Shown here piece by piece: positions 8,624 to 17,905 of a stretch of 31,472 nucleotides of DNA. Position 1 is the first letter of the stretch. The number at the start of each line of letters is the position of its first letter. The DNA is taken from contig JAQGDQ010002448.1 of assembly GCA_030141605.1 (NCBI GenBank), positions 1 to 31,472 on the forward strand, given 5' to 3'. The DNA comes from Tubiluchus corallicola (taxonomy: Eukaryota; Animalia; Priapulida). The notes below the pieces were generated by a model. That model was not told the origin of the DNA and ran no database searches. It saw only the letters and a program-made list of their open reading frames with translations. Made by a program: the position numbers and the translations under genes.

Positions 8624-10756
8624 ATGACAAAAAAATACATTTTTGGAAATCCATATGACACAGAGGTTGTTGAAAAAAAAATTATACCATCAGAGTGTAA
8701 AGATTTCCCATTAAAATATGAATTTAAAAATAACAATATTTATATTCATTACGAAATGGTAGATAATGAGCTTGTATATGGTTTAGGCGAAAACATGAAA
8801 GGAGTGAATAAAAGAGGAGGAGAATATATAAGTTATTGTACAGACGAATATTCTCACACTAATGAAAAAAAATCACTCTATGGGGCTCATAACTTTTTAA
8901 TGTTTTCTAATGAAAATAGATTATGGGGACTTTTTATAGATAATCCAGAAAAAATAAAATATGATATTGGTTTTCATAAAAGAAATCAAGTCGAAATAAT
9001 TATATACTCTGAAAATTTATTAATATATATATTTGAAGAAAATGATTATTTTTCATTAGTAAAAGAATTTGTTAGCCTTTTTGGGCATGGTTATGCTCCG
9101 CCTAAATGGGCCTTCGGCTTTCAGCAGTGTAGATGGTCATATAAAAATGCAGAAAAGGTAAATGAAATAGCAGATAAGTTTCTTTCCAATAAAATACCAT
9201 GTGATACAATATATTTAGATATCGACTACATGGATAATTTTAAAGTATTTACTACTGACAAAACAAGATTTTCAGGTTTTCAAAATTTTGTAAAAAAAAT
9301 GAAAGAAAAAGGATTTAGGTTAATTCCCATAATAGACCCTGCTGTAAAAATTGAAAACAAATACAGAATATATGAAGAAGGTGTAAAGGAAGGTTACTTT
9401 TGTAAAAAAGAAGATGGCAAAGAAATTGTTATTGGAGTATGGCCTGGAAAGTCACATTTACCTGATTTTATAAATAAAAAAGTTAGGGATTGGTGGGGAA
9501 ACCATTATAAATTTTTTACAGATATGGGAATAGAAGGATTTTGGAACGATATGAATGAACCTGCTATATTTTATAGTGAAGAAGGTTTAAATAGTTTCTT
9601 TGCTTTAATTAAAGATTTTCAAGATAAAAATTTAGATATTTATTCTTTTTTTACTTTAAGAGATAAAATAGGGGAAATTTCAAATAGTAAAGAAGATTTT
9701 AATAGATTTTATCATAAAACTTTATCAGGTGAGAAGATAGTCCATGATAAAGTGCATAATTTATACGGATTAAATATGACAAGGGCAGCAGCAGAAGGTT
9801 TTGAAAAAATAAATCCAGAAAAAAGATTTCTATTATTTTCAAGAGCATCTTATCTAGGGATACATAAATATGGAGGAATATGGACTGGAGATAATATGAG
9901 TTGGTGGGAGCATATATTATTAAATTTAAAAATGATTATGTCGCTAAATATGTGTGGTATACTATATAGTGGAGGTGATACTGGAGGATTTGGTAGTGAC
10001 GCAACTGGTGAGCTTGTAACTAGATGGACACAATTAAGCGTATTTACTCCGCTTTTTAGAAATCATGCTGCAGGTAGCAAGGACCAAGAGCCCTTTGCAT
10101 TTGAAGAAGAGATAACTGCTTATATGAGAGAACATATAAAATTTAGATATGCTTTAATACCATATATATATTCAGAATACATGAAGAATATGAAAAACTG
10201 TACACCTTATATGTACCCTTTGACTTTCATCTATAATAGTGATAGAGTAAGAGAAATAGAAGATCAAGCTCTTGTAGGTGACAGCTTAATGATAGCTCCT
10301 ATATATGTTAGCAATGCAAAAGGAAGACACGTTTTCTTACCTGAAAAAATGCTTTACTGGCCAGTTAAGAGCTATGATAGCAGAAACATAAGTGTACTAA
10401 ATAAAGGCGACCACTATATAAATGCAGATTTATGTGAGATTCCATTATTTATTAGAAGAAATAAAATATTAGTATTAAGTGAACCCGCCCAAAATGTTGA
10501 TAAAATGGATAACAGTCAAGTAAGAGCAATAGTCTTTATTGGAGATACAGCAGATTACATTTTTTATGATGACGATGGATTTTCAAAAAAATACAAAAAT
10601 GAAGATCATAAAGTATTAGAAATAAAAGTAGAAAAAAAAGAAGATAGTGGCTATAATATATCAATAAAAAAATACGGAGACTCAGATATAAAAAAAATAG
10701 TATTTGAAATATACAATGAAGATGGTTTTCAACTAGAAGTTAGCAAAACTATATAA
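8624..10756 (+). CDS. Glycoside hydrolase family 31 alpha-glucosidase
   Basis: YLDIDYM, GFWNDMNEP nucleophile motif, WTGDN acid/base motif, GGDTGGF, FRNH. Confidence 0.93.
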   Translation: MTKKYIFGNPYDTEVVEKKIIPSECKDFPLKYEFKNNNIYIHYEMVDNELVYGLGENMKGVNKRGGEYISYCTDEYSHTNEKKSLYGAHNFLMFSNENRLWGLFIDNPEKIKYDIGFHKRNQVEIIIYSENLLIYIFEENDYFSLVKEFVSLFGHGYAPPKWAFGFQQCRWSYKNAEKVNEIADKFLSNKIPCDTIYLDIDYMDNFKVFTTDKTRFSGFQNFVKKMKEKGFRLIPIIDPAVKIENKYRIYEEGVKEGYFCKKEDGKEIVIGVWPGKSHLPDFINKKVRDWWGNHYKFFTDMGIEGFWNDMNEPAIFYSEEGLNSFFALIKDFQDKNLDIYSFFTLRDKIGEISNSKEDFNRFYHKTLSGEKIVHDKVHNLYGLNMTRAAAEGFEKINPEKRFLLFSRASYLGIHKYGGIWTGDNMSWWEHILLNLKMIMSLNMCGILYSGGDTGGFGSDATGELVTRWTQLSVFTPLFRNHAAGSKDQEPFAFEEEITAYMREHIKFRYALIPYIYSEYMKNMKNCTPYMYPLTFIYNSDRVREIEDQALVGDSLMIAPIYVSNAKGRHVFLPEKMLYWPVKSYDSRNISVLNKGDHYINADLCEIPLFIRRNKILVLSEPAQNVDKMDNSQVRAIVFIGDTADYIFYDDDGFSKKYKNEDHKVLEIKVEKKEDSGYNISIKKYGDSDIKKIVFEIYNEDGFQLEVSKTI

Positions 10757-10768
10757 GTAGGAGGTTCT

Positions 10769-12277
10769 ATGATACTAAAAGACCGAGAAAGTGGAATACT
10801 GTTACACATAAGTTCTTTACCTGGTAACTACGGAATAGGAACTTTAGGAAAGGAAGCATACCATTTTGTAGATTTTTTAGAGAGATCAAAACAAAGGTGC
10901 TGGCAAATACTTCCTTTAGGCACTACAAGCTTTGGAGATTCACCCTACCAATCTTTTTCAGCTTTTGCAGGTAATCCATATTTGATCAACTTAGAGTTTC
11001 TTGTAGAGAGTGGGATTTTATCTCAAGAAAGCTTAGATAATGCAAATTTAGAAAGTGATCCTAGATCTATAGACTATGAAAAACTTTATAACAATAAAAT
11101 TCCACTTTTAAAAGAAGCTTACAAAAACTTTATAAATAAGAAAGAAAACATCATAAAATTGAAAGATTTTGTAGATCAAAATGAGTTTTGGTTAGGGGAT
11201 TTTTCTCTATTTATGGCATTAAAAGATAAGTTTAATGGAAAACCATGGTTAGAGTGGCCAAGAGACATTAGAGTGAGAGATAAGGAGGCATTACTTCCAT
11301 ATAAAATGGAATTAGCAGAAGAGAGAAAGTTTCATATATTTAATCAGTTTATATTTTTTAAACAGTGGCAAGAACTTAAAGAATACGCAAATTCAAAAGA
11401 AATAAAAATATTTGGAGATATTCCCATTTTTGTATCAGAAGATAGCTCAGATGCTTGGGCTTTCTCACATCTATTCCAATTTGATAAAGATAGAAAACCT
11501 GTAAAAGTAGCTGGAGTCCCACCTGATTATTTTTCAGAAACTGGCCAACTTTGGGGAAACCCTTTGTATGATTGGGAGGAAGTTGAAAAAGACAACTATG
11601 AATGGTGGATAAAAAGAGTAAAGGCTTCATTTTATTTTTATGATATTTTAAGAATTGATCATTTTAGAGGATTTGAAGCATATTGGTCCATAGATTATGG
11701 TGCAAAAACAGCTATTAACGGCAAATGGGTCAAAGGACCTGGAATAAAATTGTTTAACGCTTTAAAAAGAGAATTAGGTGAGCTTCCAATAGTTGCAGAA
11801 GATCTTGGAGTTATAACAAAAGAAGTAAAAAAATTAAGAGAAGATACAGGGTTTCCTGGAATGAAAGTACTAGGGTTTGCTTTTGATTCAACAGAAGAAA
11901 ACGACTTCTTACCACATACTTATGACAAAAATTTTATTGTTTATGTAGGAACTCATGATAACGACACAATTATAGGTTGGTATAAAAAATCAAATGATGA
12001 AGATAAGAGATATGCAACTCACTATTTAAATTTAACTGAAACTGAAGGCATTAACTGGGGATTTATACGAGGTGCAATGTCATCAGTTGCAAAGCTATCT
12101 ATTATACAAATGCAAGATCTTTTAGGTTACGATAGCTGGGCAAGAATGAATACTCCTTCAACTTTAGGAATAAATTGGAGATGGCGAGTTACTAAAAGTG
12201 AGCTAAGCGCAGAGTTAAGCAATCGACTAGCTTATGTTACAAAATTGTATGGAAGGTATAAAACTAAAAACATTTAA
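10769..12277 (+). CDS. malQ: 4-alpha-glucanotransferase (amylomaltase, GH77)
   Basis: RESGILLHISSLPG, DSPYQSFS, GVPPDYFSETGQLWGNP, RIDHFRG, AEDLG, GTHDND. Confidence 0.96.
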   Translation: MILKDRESGILLHISSLPGNYGIGTLGKEAYHFVDFLERSKQRCWQILPLGTTSFGDSPYQSFSAFAGNPYLINLEFLVESGILSQESLDNANLESDPRSIDYEKLYNNKIPLLKEAYKNFINKKENIIKLKDFVDQNEFWLGDFSLFMALKDKFNGKPWLEWPRDIRVRDKEALLPYKMELAEERKFHIFNQFIFFKQWQELKEYANSKEIKIFGDIPIFVSEDSSDAWAFSHLFQFDKDRKPVKVAGVPPDYFSETGQLWGNPLYDWEEVEKDNYEWWIKRVKASFYFYDILRIDHFRGFEAYWSIDYGAKTAINGKWVKGPGIKLFNALKRELGELPIVAEDLGVITKEVKKLREDTGFPGMKVLGFAFDSTEENDFLPHTYDKNFIVYVGTHDNDTIIGWYKKSNDEDKRYATHYLNLTETEGINWGFIRGAMSSVAKLSIIQMQDLLGYDSWARMNTPSTLGINWRWRVTKSELSAELSNRLAYVTKLYGRYKTKNI

Positions 12278-12348
12278 AACAATTTTAAAGAAACATTTCT
12301 TTAGCATTTACTTAGCCATACTACTTGTAAAAATAATATGATGAAATG

Positions 12349-12382
12349 AAAAACTTCTTTAAATTTATTAAAGAGGTTTTTT
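12349..12382 (+). terminator. Terminator-like hairpin between malQ and metK
   Basis: AAAAACTTCTTTAA-ATTTA-TTAAAGAGGTTTTT(T). Confidence 0.55.
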
Positions 12383-12409
12383 AACTTAAATAATAGGAGT
12401 GTATAATGA

Positions 12410-13615
12410 ATGATAGAAAAAGGAAATATATTTTTCACTTCAGAGTCAGTAACTGAAGGTCACCCAGATAAAATAGCAGATCAGGTTTCTGATGCTATAT
12501 TAGATGCAATATTAGAAAAAGATAAAAATGCAAGGGTAGCATGTGAAACATTAGTTACTACAGGATTAGTGATGGTTGCAGGAGAGGTTACAACTAACAC
12601 TTATGTTGATATTCAAAAAATAGTAAGAGAAACTATTAAAGAAATAGGATATACAAATGCTCACTATGGTTTTGACTATGAAACTTGTGCTGTAATATCA
12701 TCAATACATGAACAATCATTAGATATAGCTCTAGGAGTGGATAAAGCTCTAGAATATAGAGAGCTTCAAGATGAAAAACATTTAGGAGCTGGTGATCAAG
12801 GAATAATGTTTGGGTATGCCACTAATGAAACAAAAGAGCTAATGCCCCTACCAATAGTTTTATCTCATAGACTTTCAAAACAATTAAGCAAGGTTAGAAA
12901 AAATAGTATTATTGATTATTTAAGACCTGATGGTAAAACACAGGTTACTGTTGAATACGTAAATGGAAAACCTAAAAGAATTGAAACAATAGTTATTTCA
13001 ACTCAACATGATCCAGATGTAAGCAATAAAAGGATAAGAGATGATGTAATAAAGAATGTAATAACTCCAGTAATAGAAAAGAAATATATAGATGAAAATA
13101 CTAAGTTTTATATAAATCCTACAGGGAGATTTGTTATAGGGGGTCCTTTAGGTGATGCAGGTCTTACTGGGAGGAAAATAATAATAGATACATATGGCGG
13201 TATGGGAAAGCATGGAGGAGGAGCATTTTCAGGTAAAGACCCAACAAAAGTTGATAGATCCGCTACTTATGCTGCGAGGTGGGTAGCTAAAAATATTGTT
13301 GCATCAAATTTAGCTGATGTATGCGAAGTGCAACTTTCTTACGCTATAGGAGTTGCCCATCCTATATCTATATTTGTAAATACATTTAAAAGCGGAAAAA
13401 TTGCAGATACTGAAATAGAAAATATCATAAAGATTGTATTTGACCTAAGACCTGAAATTATAATTAGAGATTTAAACTTACTCAATCCTATTTACAAACA
13501 AGTTGCAGCATATGGTCATTTTGGAAGGTGTGACTTAAATCTTCCTTGGGAAAAAACAAATAAAATTAATCAAATATTAAAAGCTCTTAATGAAATACAA
13601 AGTTATAGAATATAA
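12410..13615 (+). CDS. metK: S-adenosylmethionine synthetase
   Basis: [41 protein letters not shown]. Confidence 0.98.
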   Translation: MIEKGNIFFTSESVTEGHPDKIADQVSDAILDAILEKDKNARVACETLVTTGLVMVAGEVTTNTYVDIQKIVRETIKEIGYTNAHYGFDYETCAVISSIHEQSLDIALGVDKALEYRELQDEKHLGAGDQGIMFGYATNETKELMPLPIVLSHRLSKQLSKVRKNSIIDYLRPDGKTQVTVEYVNGKPKRIETIVISTQHDPDVSNKRIRDDVIKNVITPVIEKKYIDENTKFYINPTGRFVIGGPLGDAGLTGRKIIIDTYGGMGKHGGGAFSGKDPTKVDRSATYAARWVAKNIVASNLADVCEVQLSYAIGVAHPISIFVNTFKSGKIADTEIENIIKIVFDLRPEIIIRDLNLLNPIYKQVAAYGHFGRCDLNLPWEKTNKINQILKALNEIQSYRI

Positions 13616-13747
13616 TATTAGATATTTATTAAAAGTTTTTTTTAATATAAAATCATTTTATACACAACATGAAAGAAAAAACTCTATATATTAATTATCA
13701 AAAAGTAAAATTTAATTTACTAAAAGCATTTTTATAAATTAATCTTA

Positions 13748-13783
13748 AATTAAAATAGAAGGCAATTGCCTTCTATTTTAATT
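13748..13783. terminator. Perfect-palindrome bidirectional intrinsic terminator
   Basis: AATTAAAATAGAAGGC-AATT-GCCTTCTATTTTAATT between convergent transcription units. Confidence 0.8.
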
Positions 13784-13826
13784 ATGTAAAAAAAGGGGGG
13801 GTGGGGATAGGAATTATTATTCCTAT
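13748..13826 (-). ncRNA. Candidate C-rich trans-acting small RNA (~78 nt)
   Basis: Promoter TTGAAC-17-TATAAT directly upstream; 5' hairpin ATAGGAAT-AATA-ATTCCTAT; unpaired CCCCACCCCCCCTTTTTTTACAT; terminator; no ORF. Confidence 0.65.
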
Positions 13827-13830
13827 CATT

Positions 13831-13890
13831 ATTATAGTCTAAAACTTGAATAAGTTCAAATAAAAAAATCTTAAAAAAATCTTAAAAAAA
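13831..13890 (-). promoter_or_regulatory. Promoter of candidate sRNA with upstream 11-bp-period direct repeat (TTTAAG-N5-TTTAAG)
   Basis: -10 TATAAT 13836-13831, -35 TTGAAC 13859-13854 (17-nt spacer); TTTTTTTAAGA x2 plus partial third copy at 13861-13890. Confidence 0.65.
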
Positions 13891-13985
13891 CACTTATTTT
13901 TAACAATTACATATCTGTTACATTTTAAATTTATTTATTTATCAAAAAGACCAAAATGTAAATATTAAAATTAACTTAAATCATT

Positions 13986-15167
13986 TTATATATTATTTAG
14001 AAAATTATCAAAATAATCAAAAAACATTTCCTTATTTTTACTATTTTGACAATATTTTAATTTTTGTAATAATTCATTAGTTAGTTTTTCTTTTTTAGAG
14101 AAAATGTTCCAATTTTTTATAATATTGTTCTCAATATCTTCTATTTTTGCATTTACAATTTCTTTTGCTATTTTTGTGTTTTTATAATGACACTGCAAGT
14201 ATACTTTAAAAAATTGAAAATCTTCTAATATTTTCTCACATTTTTTTAAATCAATATATATATTTTCTTTTATAATTAATTTAATTATAAGAATACTTTC
14301 AGCAGAATTTAAAATATTTAAATTAGAGATAAAAACATAAAAATCATTATAAAACTCTTCCAGATTACTATTTACTTCTAAAACTTCAATTATTCTATTT
14401 CTAATTTTTGATTTTATAAATCTATGCCTTTTAGTTACAGTGTCAAATATAAAAGCTCCTTTTTCTGAGTTTTTTTCATTTACAATATTCCAATACTCAG
14501 GTGAACCTGGAATAAAGAAATATGGATTTTCTTTAGGATATATATAAGGAGAATGCAAGTGCCCTCCTCCAATGTATAGAACATGGTTTTTAAATCTATC
14601 GATAACTTCTTTTGAGGTTGTCCCTGCAATAAAATCATTGGATGAAATACCTGTATGAACAAGAATAATATTATTTTTAATATTTTTGCTATTTTTAATC
14701 TCTTCTAAACATTTTTCTAGAACACTGTCTATTACAAATCCAGGATAGCCCAACCCATAAAATGTAATACTTTCAATAGTTTTTGTAGTAAATTTATAGT
14801 CATCGCCTTTAACAGAGTATGAAAGCCTCTTAAAATAACCTTTTTTTTCTAAATAGATTAACCATGAATCTTTATTAGAATTTGAGTATATATTGTCATG
14901 ATTACCTTCTATAATCAAAGTTTTTATATTATTCTTTTTCAATTTTAAAAATATTTCTTCGCTTTTTTCTAGAGTTTCTGGGCTTAATTCTTTTTTGTCA
15001 AATATATCACCAGTTATAATAAAAACAAATACATCTTCATTAATTGCTTTTTCAACAATACTATCAAAAGCTATAAAATAATCATTATATCTTTTATCAG
15101 AAAATTCTCCCTTACTTCCAACAGATCTTTTTCCAAGGTGCAAATCTGAACAGTGACAAATCTTCAT
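13986..15167 (-). CDS. sbcD: SbcD/Mre11-family metallophosphoesterase DNA repair exonuclease
   Basis: SDLHLG, GDIFD, EGNHD, LVHTG, GGHLH, PGSPE motifs. Confidence 0.85.
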   Translation of the reverse strand: MKICHCSDLHLGKRSVGSKGEFSDKRYNDYFIAFDSIVEKAINEDVFVFIITGDIFDKKELSPETLEKSEEIFLKLKKNNIKTLIIEGNHDNIYSNSNKDSWLIYLEKKGYFKRLSYSVKGDDYKFTTKTIESITFYGLGYPGFVIDSVLEKCLEEIKNSKNIKNNIILVHTGISSNDFIAGTTSKEVIDRFKNHVLYIGGGHLHSPYIYPKENPYFFIPGSPEYWNIVNEKNSEKGAFIFDTVTKRHRFIKSKIRNRIIEVLEVNSNLEEFYNDFYVFISNLNILNSAESILIIKLIIKENIYIDLKKCEKILEDFQFFKVYLQCHYKNTKIAKEIVNAKIEDIENNIIKNWNIFSKKEKLTNELLQKLKYCQNSKNKEMFFDYFDNFLNNI

Positions 15168-15209
15168 AAGTCCTCCAATACTTATAGTAAACTAAATTAC
15201 ATAATCATG

Positions 15210-15238
15210 ATTTTATACTATAACCTTATTAAAGTCAA
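15210..15238 (-). promoter_or_regulatory. Putative promoter of sbcD-like gene
   Basis: Minus strand TTGACT-17 nt-TAAAAT. Confidence 0.55.
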
Positions 15239-15305
15239 ACATAGCCTTTTATTTTTAAAGAAAATATTGTATAATCTATTTTAACTATTAATATTTGGAG
15301 GAAGT

Positions 15306-15962
15306 ATGAAAAAATTTTTTTTATCACTAGTAATAATTATTTTAATCGTAGCTTGTTCATCTAAAGATCCACTACCTAATCACAAGGAAGACCCTATGAA
15401 GGAGAATTTCTTTGATAATCAAGGAATTTTAAGAAAAGAAATAGATAGAAATAACAGGATAATTAAAGAATTTGATAGTTTAGGTAATTTGTATTTTGTA
15501 GATTCAATGCCTAAAAAAATGTATTTTTATAACCAAAAAAATGAAATCAAAGAATATGCTGATTTAGAATATAAAGAAAATGGATTGTTATCTGTAAAGT
15601 ATATTTATGATGCTGAGGGTAGTCTATTAGGAGTTGAAAAGCCAGAATACAATGAAATAGGAAAAGAAGTTCGATATACTTCATTAGCAAAAGATAATAG
15701 CGTTAATTGGTACACAGTTAATACATATTCTGAAGATGGAAAACTTGAAAAGTGGGAAACTTTTGAAAAAAATACATTAGTAGAGTATGCCCTTATATCT
15801 TACAAGGAAAATAATTTACTTAATGAAATAAAATTTTATTCAAGCGAAGGTGAGTCTTTAGGGACATATCTATATACATATGATCAAAATAATTTAATTT
15901 CAAAATGTATTTTTTTAAATGAACTTGATCAATTAAACTGGTATGTTATATATTTATATTAA
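15306..15962 (+). CDS. Hypothetical lipoprotein with ~25-aa YD-like beta-hairpin repeats
   Basis: MKK + hydrophobic stretch + lipobox IVA-C; repeated Y-x-x-x-G/N units; RBS GGAGG. Confidence 0.75.
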   Translation: MKKFFLSLVIIILIVACSSKDPLPNHKEDPMKENFFDNQGILRKEIDRNNRIIKEFDSLGNLYFVDSMPKKMYFYNQKNEIKEYADLEYKENGLLSVKYIYDAEGSLLGVEKPEYNEIGKEVRYTSLAKDNSVNWYTVNTYSEDGKLEKWETFEKNTLVEYALISYKENNLLNEIKFYSSEGESLGTYLYTYDQNNLISKCIFLNELDQLNWYVIYLY

Positions 15963-15985
15963 TATGATGAAAGGTTGCAAAAATT

Positions 15986-16765
15986 ATGAAGATAGCACTT
16001 CTTGGTAGCGGTAGTGTTGGAAATTCTATTTTTTTAGAGATAAATGGTTACAAATTTTTAATAGATGCTGGGTTTACTGGAAAAAAATTAAAAGAAAAAT
16101 TGCTTGATATTGGAGAAAATATAAATAATATTCAAGCAGTTTTAATTACTCATGAGCATAGTGATCATATCCTAGGAGCTGGAGTTATCTCAAGAGCTCA
16201 TGATATTCCTATATATATAACAAAGGAAAGTTTTTTAGCTAGTAAAAACAGATTAGGTAATATTTCTGAGAGTCTTTTGCACTTTATAACAGGAGATAGC
16301 TTTTTATTAAACCAAGATATCACTATAAACCCGTTTGATGTTTTACATGATGCTAACAGAACGATAGGGTTTTCAATTATAAATAATAAAAAAAATAAAA
16401 TTTCTATCGCTACTGATATTGGGTACGTAACCTCATATGTAAGAGAACAATTTAAAGATTCAAATATAATTGTTATTGAATCAAATTATGATTATAACAT
16501 GTTAATGAATGGACCTTATCCATGGGATCTAAAATCTAGGGTAAAAAGCAAAACTGGGCACCTATCAAATAATGGAGCTGCAAAACTATTAAATGAGGTG
16601 TACCATGATGGATTAAAGAAGGTGTTTTTAGCCCATATTAGTGAAAATAATAATGATTACAGCTTAGCTTACAATACATCTCTAGAAGAACTTAGCAAAA
16701 ATAATATTTCGTTAGATTTAGAAATTGGAAAGCCTAATAAAGTATCTAATTTGTTTGAATTATAA
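15986..16765 (+). CDS. MBL-fold metallo-hydrolase (YycJ/WalJ/PhnP-like)
   Basis: LGSGSVGN, THEHSDH, HDA, TDIG, ESNYD, GHLSN, LAHISENNN. Confidence 0.9.
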   Translation: MKIALLGSGSVGNSIFLEINGYKFLIDAGFTGKKLKEKLLDIGENINNIQAVLITHEHSDHILGAGVISRAHDIPIYITKESFLASKNRLGNISESLLHFITGDSFLLNQDITINPFDVLHDANRTIGFSIINNKKNKISIATDIGYVTSYVREQFKDSNIIVIESNYDYNMLMNGPYPWDLKSRVKSKTGHLSNNGAAKLLNEVYHDGLKKVFLAHISENNNDYSLAYNTSLEELSKNNISLDLEIGKPNKVSNLFEL

Positions 16766-16783
16766 TAAAATTTGGAGAGTAGA

Positions 16784-17349
16784 ATGAAAAGCTTATGGGA
16801 AGAAGTTAAAAATGAAATACTATCTATAAAAACTTTAGAAAGAAAGAAAGAAGAAGAAATTTGCCTTGGAAGTGGAAATGAAAAAGGAGGCATTTTTTTA
16901 TAGGAGATGAAATAGATTTATATGATGATAGTGGATTTGGCATGATTAGTGAAAGTAGTGGAGAGTTTTTAAAAAAATTATGTACTTATTCAAATATAGA
17001 TATAAAAAATATATTTATAACAAGTTTAACAAAATGTAACATACACTATAGAGAGGTTTTTGAAAATGAAAAAAAACAACTTTTAGATTACACTTATGCT
17101 CAAATAGCTATAATTAAACCTAAGTTAATAGTAACTCTTGGTCAAGAAGTAAGCTCTATTTTTTTAGGAAAGGGTATGAAAATCAATGAAATAAGAGGAA
17201 AAGTATACAACTGGAAAGGTGGTATAAAATTAATTCCTATATATTCACCTAAATATTTATTAGATAAGAGTCGGGAAAAAGGTAGTCCTAGTTGGCATAC
17301 TTGGCAAGATATGAAATTAATATTAGAGATCTATAAAAATGAGCAATAA
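16784..17349 (+). pseudogene. Uracil-DNA glycosylase family 4-like gene, split by a 1-nt frameshift in a T7 run (pseudogene or sequencing error)
   Basis: ATG 16784 with GGAG RBS gives MKSLWEEVKNEI...LGSGNEKGGIF then TAG; adding one T to T7 (16893-16899) joins FIGDEIDL... to the ORF containing ITSLTKC, QIAIIKPKLIVTLG, RGK, LIPIYSPKYLL, WQDMK. Confidence 0.75.
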
Positions 17350-17905
17350 AAAAAATTTAAGAGATAAAATATTACATAAAAGAATTAATAAGTCTAAAAA
17401 ATATATTTTAAGAGAATCTAATTTTATTATAAATCAGTTTATAAATACATCACTTTTTAAAAATGCAAACCACATTATGTCATATGCTAGCACAAAAAAT
17501 GAGGTTTGTACTAAATACCTTAATAAATTCATAATAGATGAAAATAAATATCTATATTTGCCAAAATTAGAAAAAAATATTATAAAAATTATCAAAGTTG
17601 ACAACTTTAAAAGTATGAATAAAAATAAATACGGTATATTAGAGCCCAGCTGTAGCAACTATACTTTTTATAATAACCTGGATTTAATTATTATTCCAGG
17701 AATAGCCTTTGACCTAGATGGAAATAGAATCGGATTTGGGAAGGGATATTATGATAGATTTTTACAAGATAAAGGCCCCTTTAAAGTATCTTTTGCTTAT
17801 GATTTTCAAGTTAGTAATGATGTTATAATATCAGATCATTTTGATAAAAAAATAGATATTTTAGTTACCAAAAGGAGGATTTATGACTTTAGAAGCAATG
17901 TATAA
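17339..17905 (+). CDS. 5-formyltetrahydrofolate cyclo-ligase
   Basis: KKNLR, NEV, YGILEP, DLIIIPGIAFDLDGNRIGFGKGYYDRFL signature. Confidence 0.93.
   Translation: MSNKKNLRDKILHKRINKSKKYILRESNFIINQFINTSLFKNANHIMSYASTKNEVCTKYLNKFIIDENKYLYLPKLEKNIIKIIKVDNFKSMNKNKYGILEPSCSNYTFYNNLDLIIIPGIAFDLDGNRIGFGKGYYDRFLQDKGPFKVSFAYDFQVSNDVIISDHFDKKIDILVTKRRIYDFRSNV

Noticed and set aside
12278-12409. Canonical SAM-I or SMK-box riboswitch upstream of metK
   Set aside because: Conserved core motifs not visible and the region is too AT-rich and short
12406-12456. Out-of-frame ATG at 12406 ([10 protein letters not shown]) suggesting a frameshifted metK start
   Set aside because: The in-frame ATG at 12410 already yields a normal-length MetK with acceptable RBS spacing
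13861-13890. CRISPR or VNTR interpretation of the 11-bp repeat
   Set aside because: Under three units with no spacers; no CRISPR array or cas gene anywhere in the window
16766-17338. 6S RNA upstream of the 5-formyl-THF cyclo-ligase gene
   Set aside because: That position is occupied by the UDG-like coding sequence, which overlaps the cyclo-ligase start
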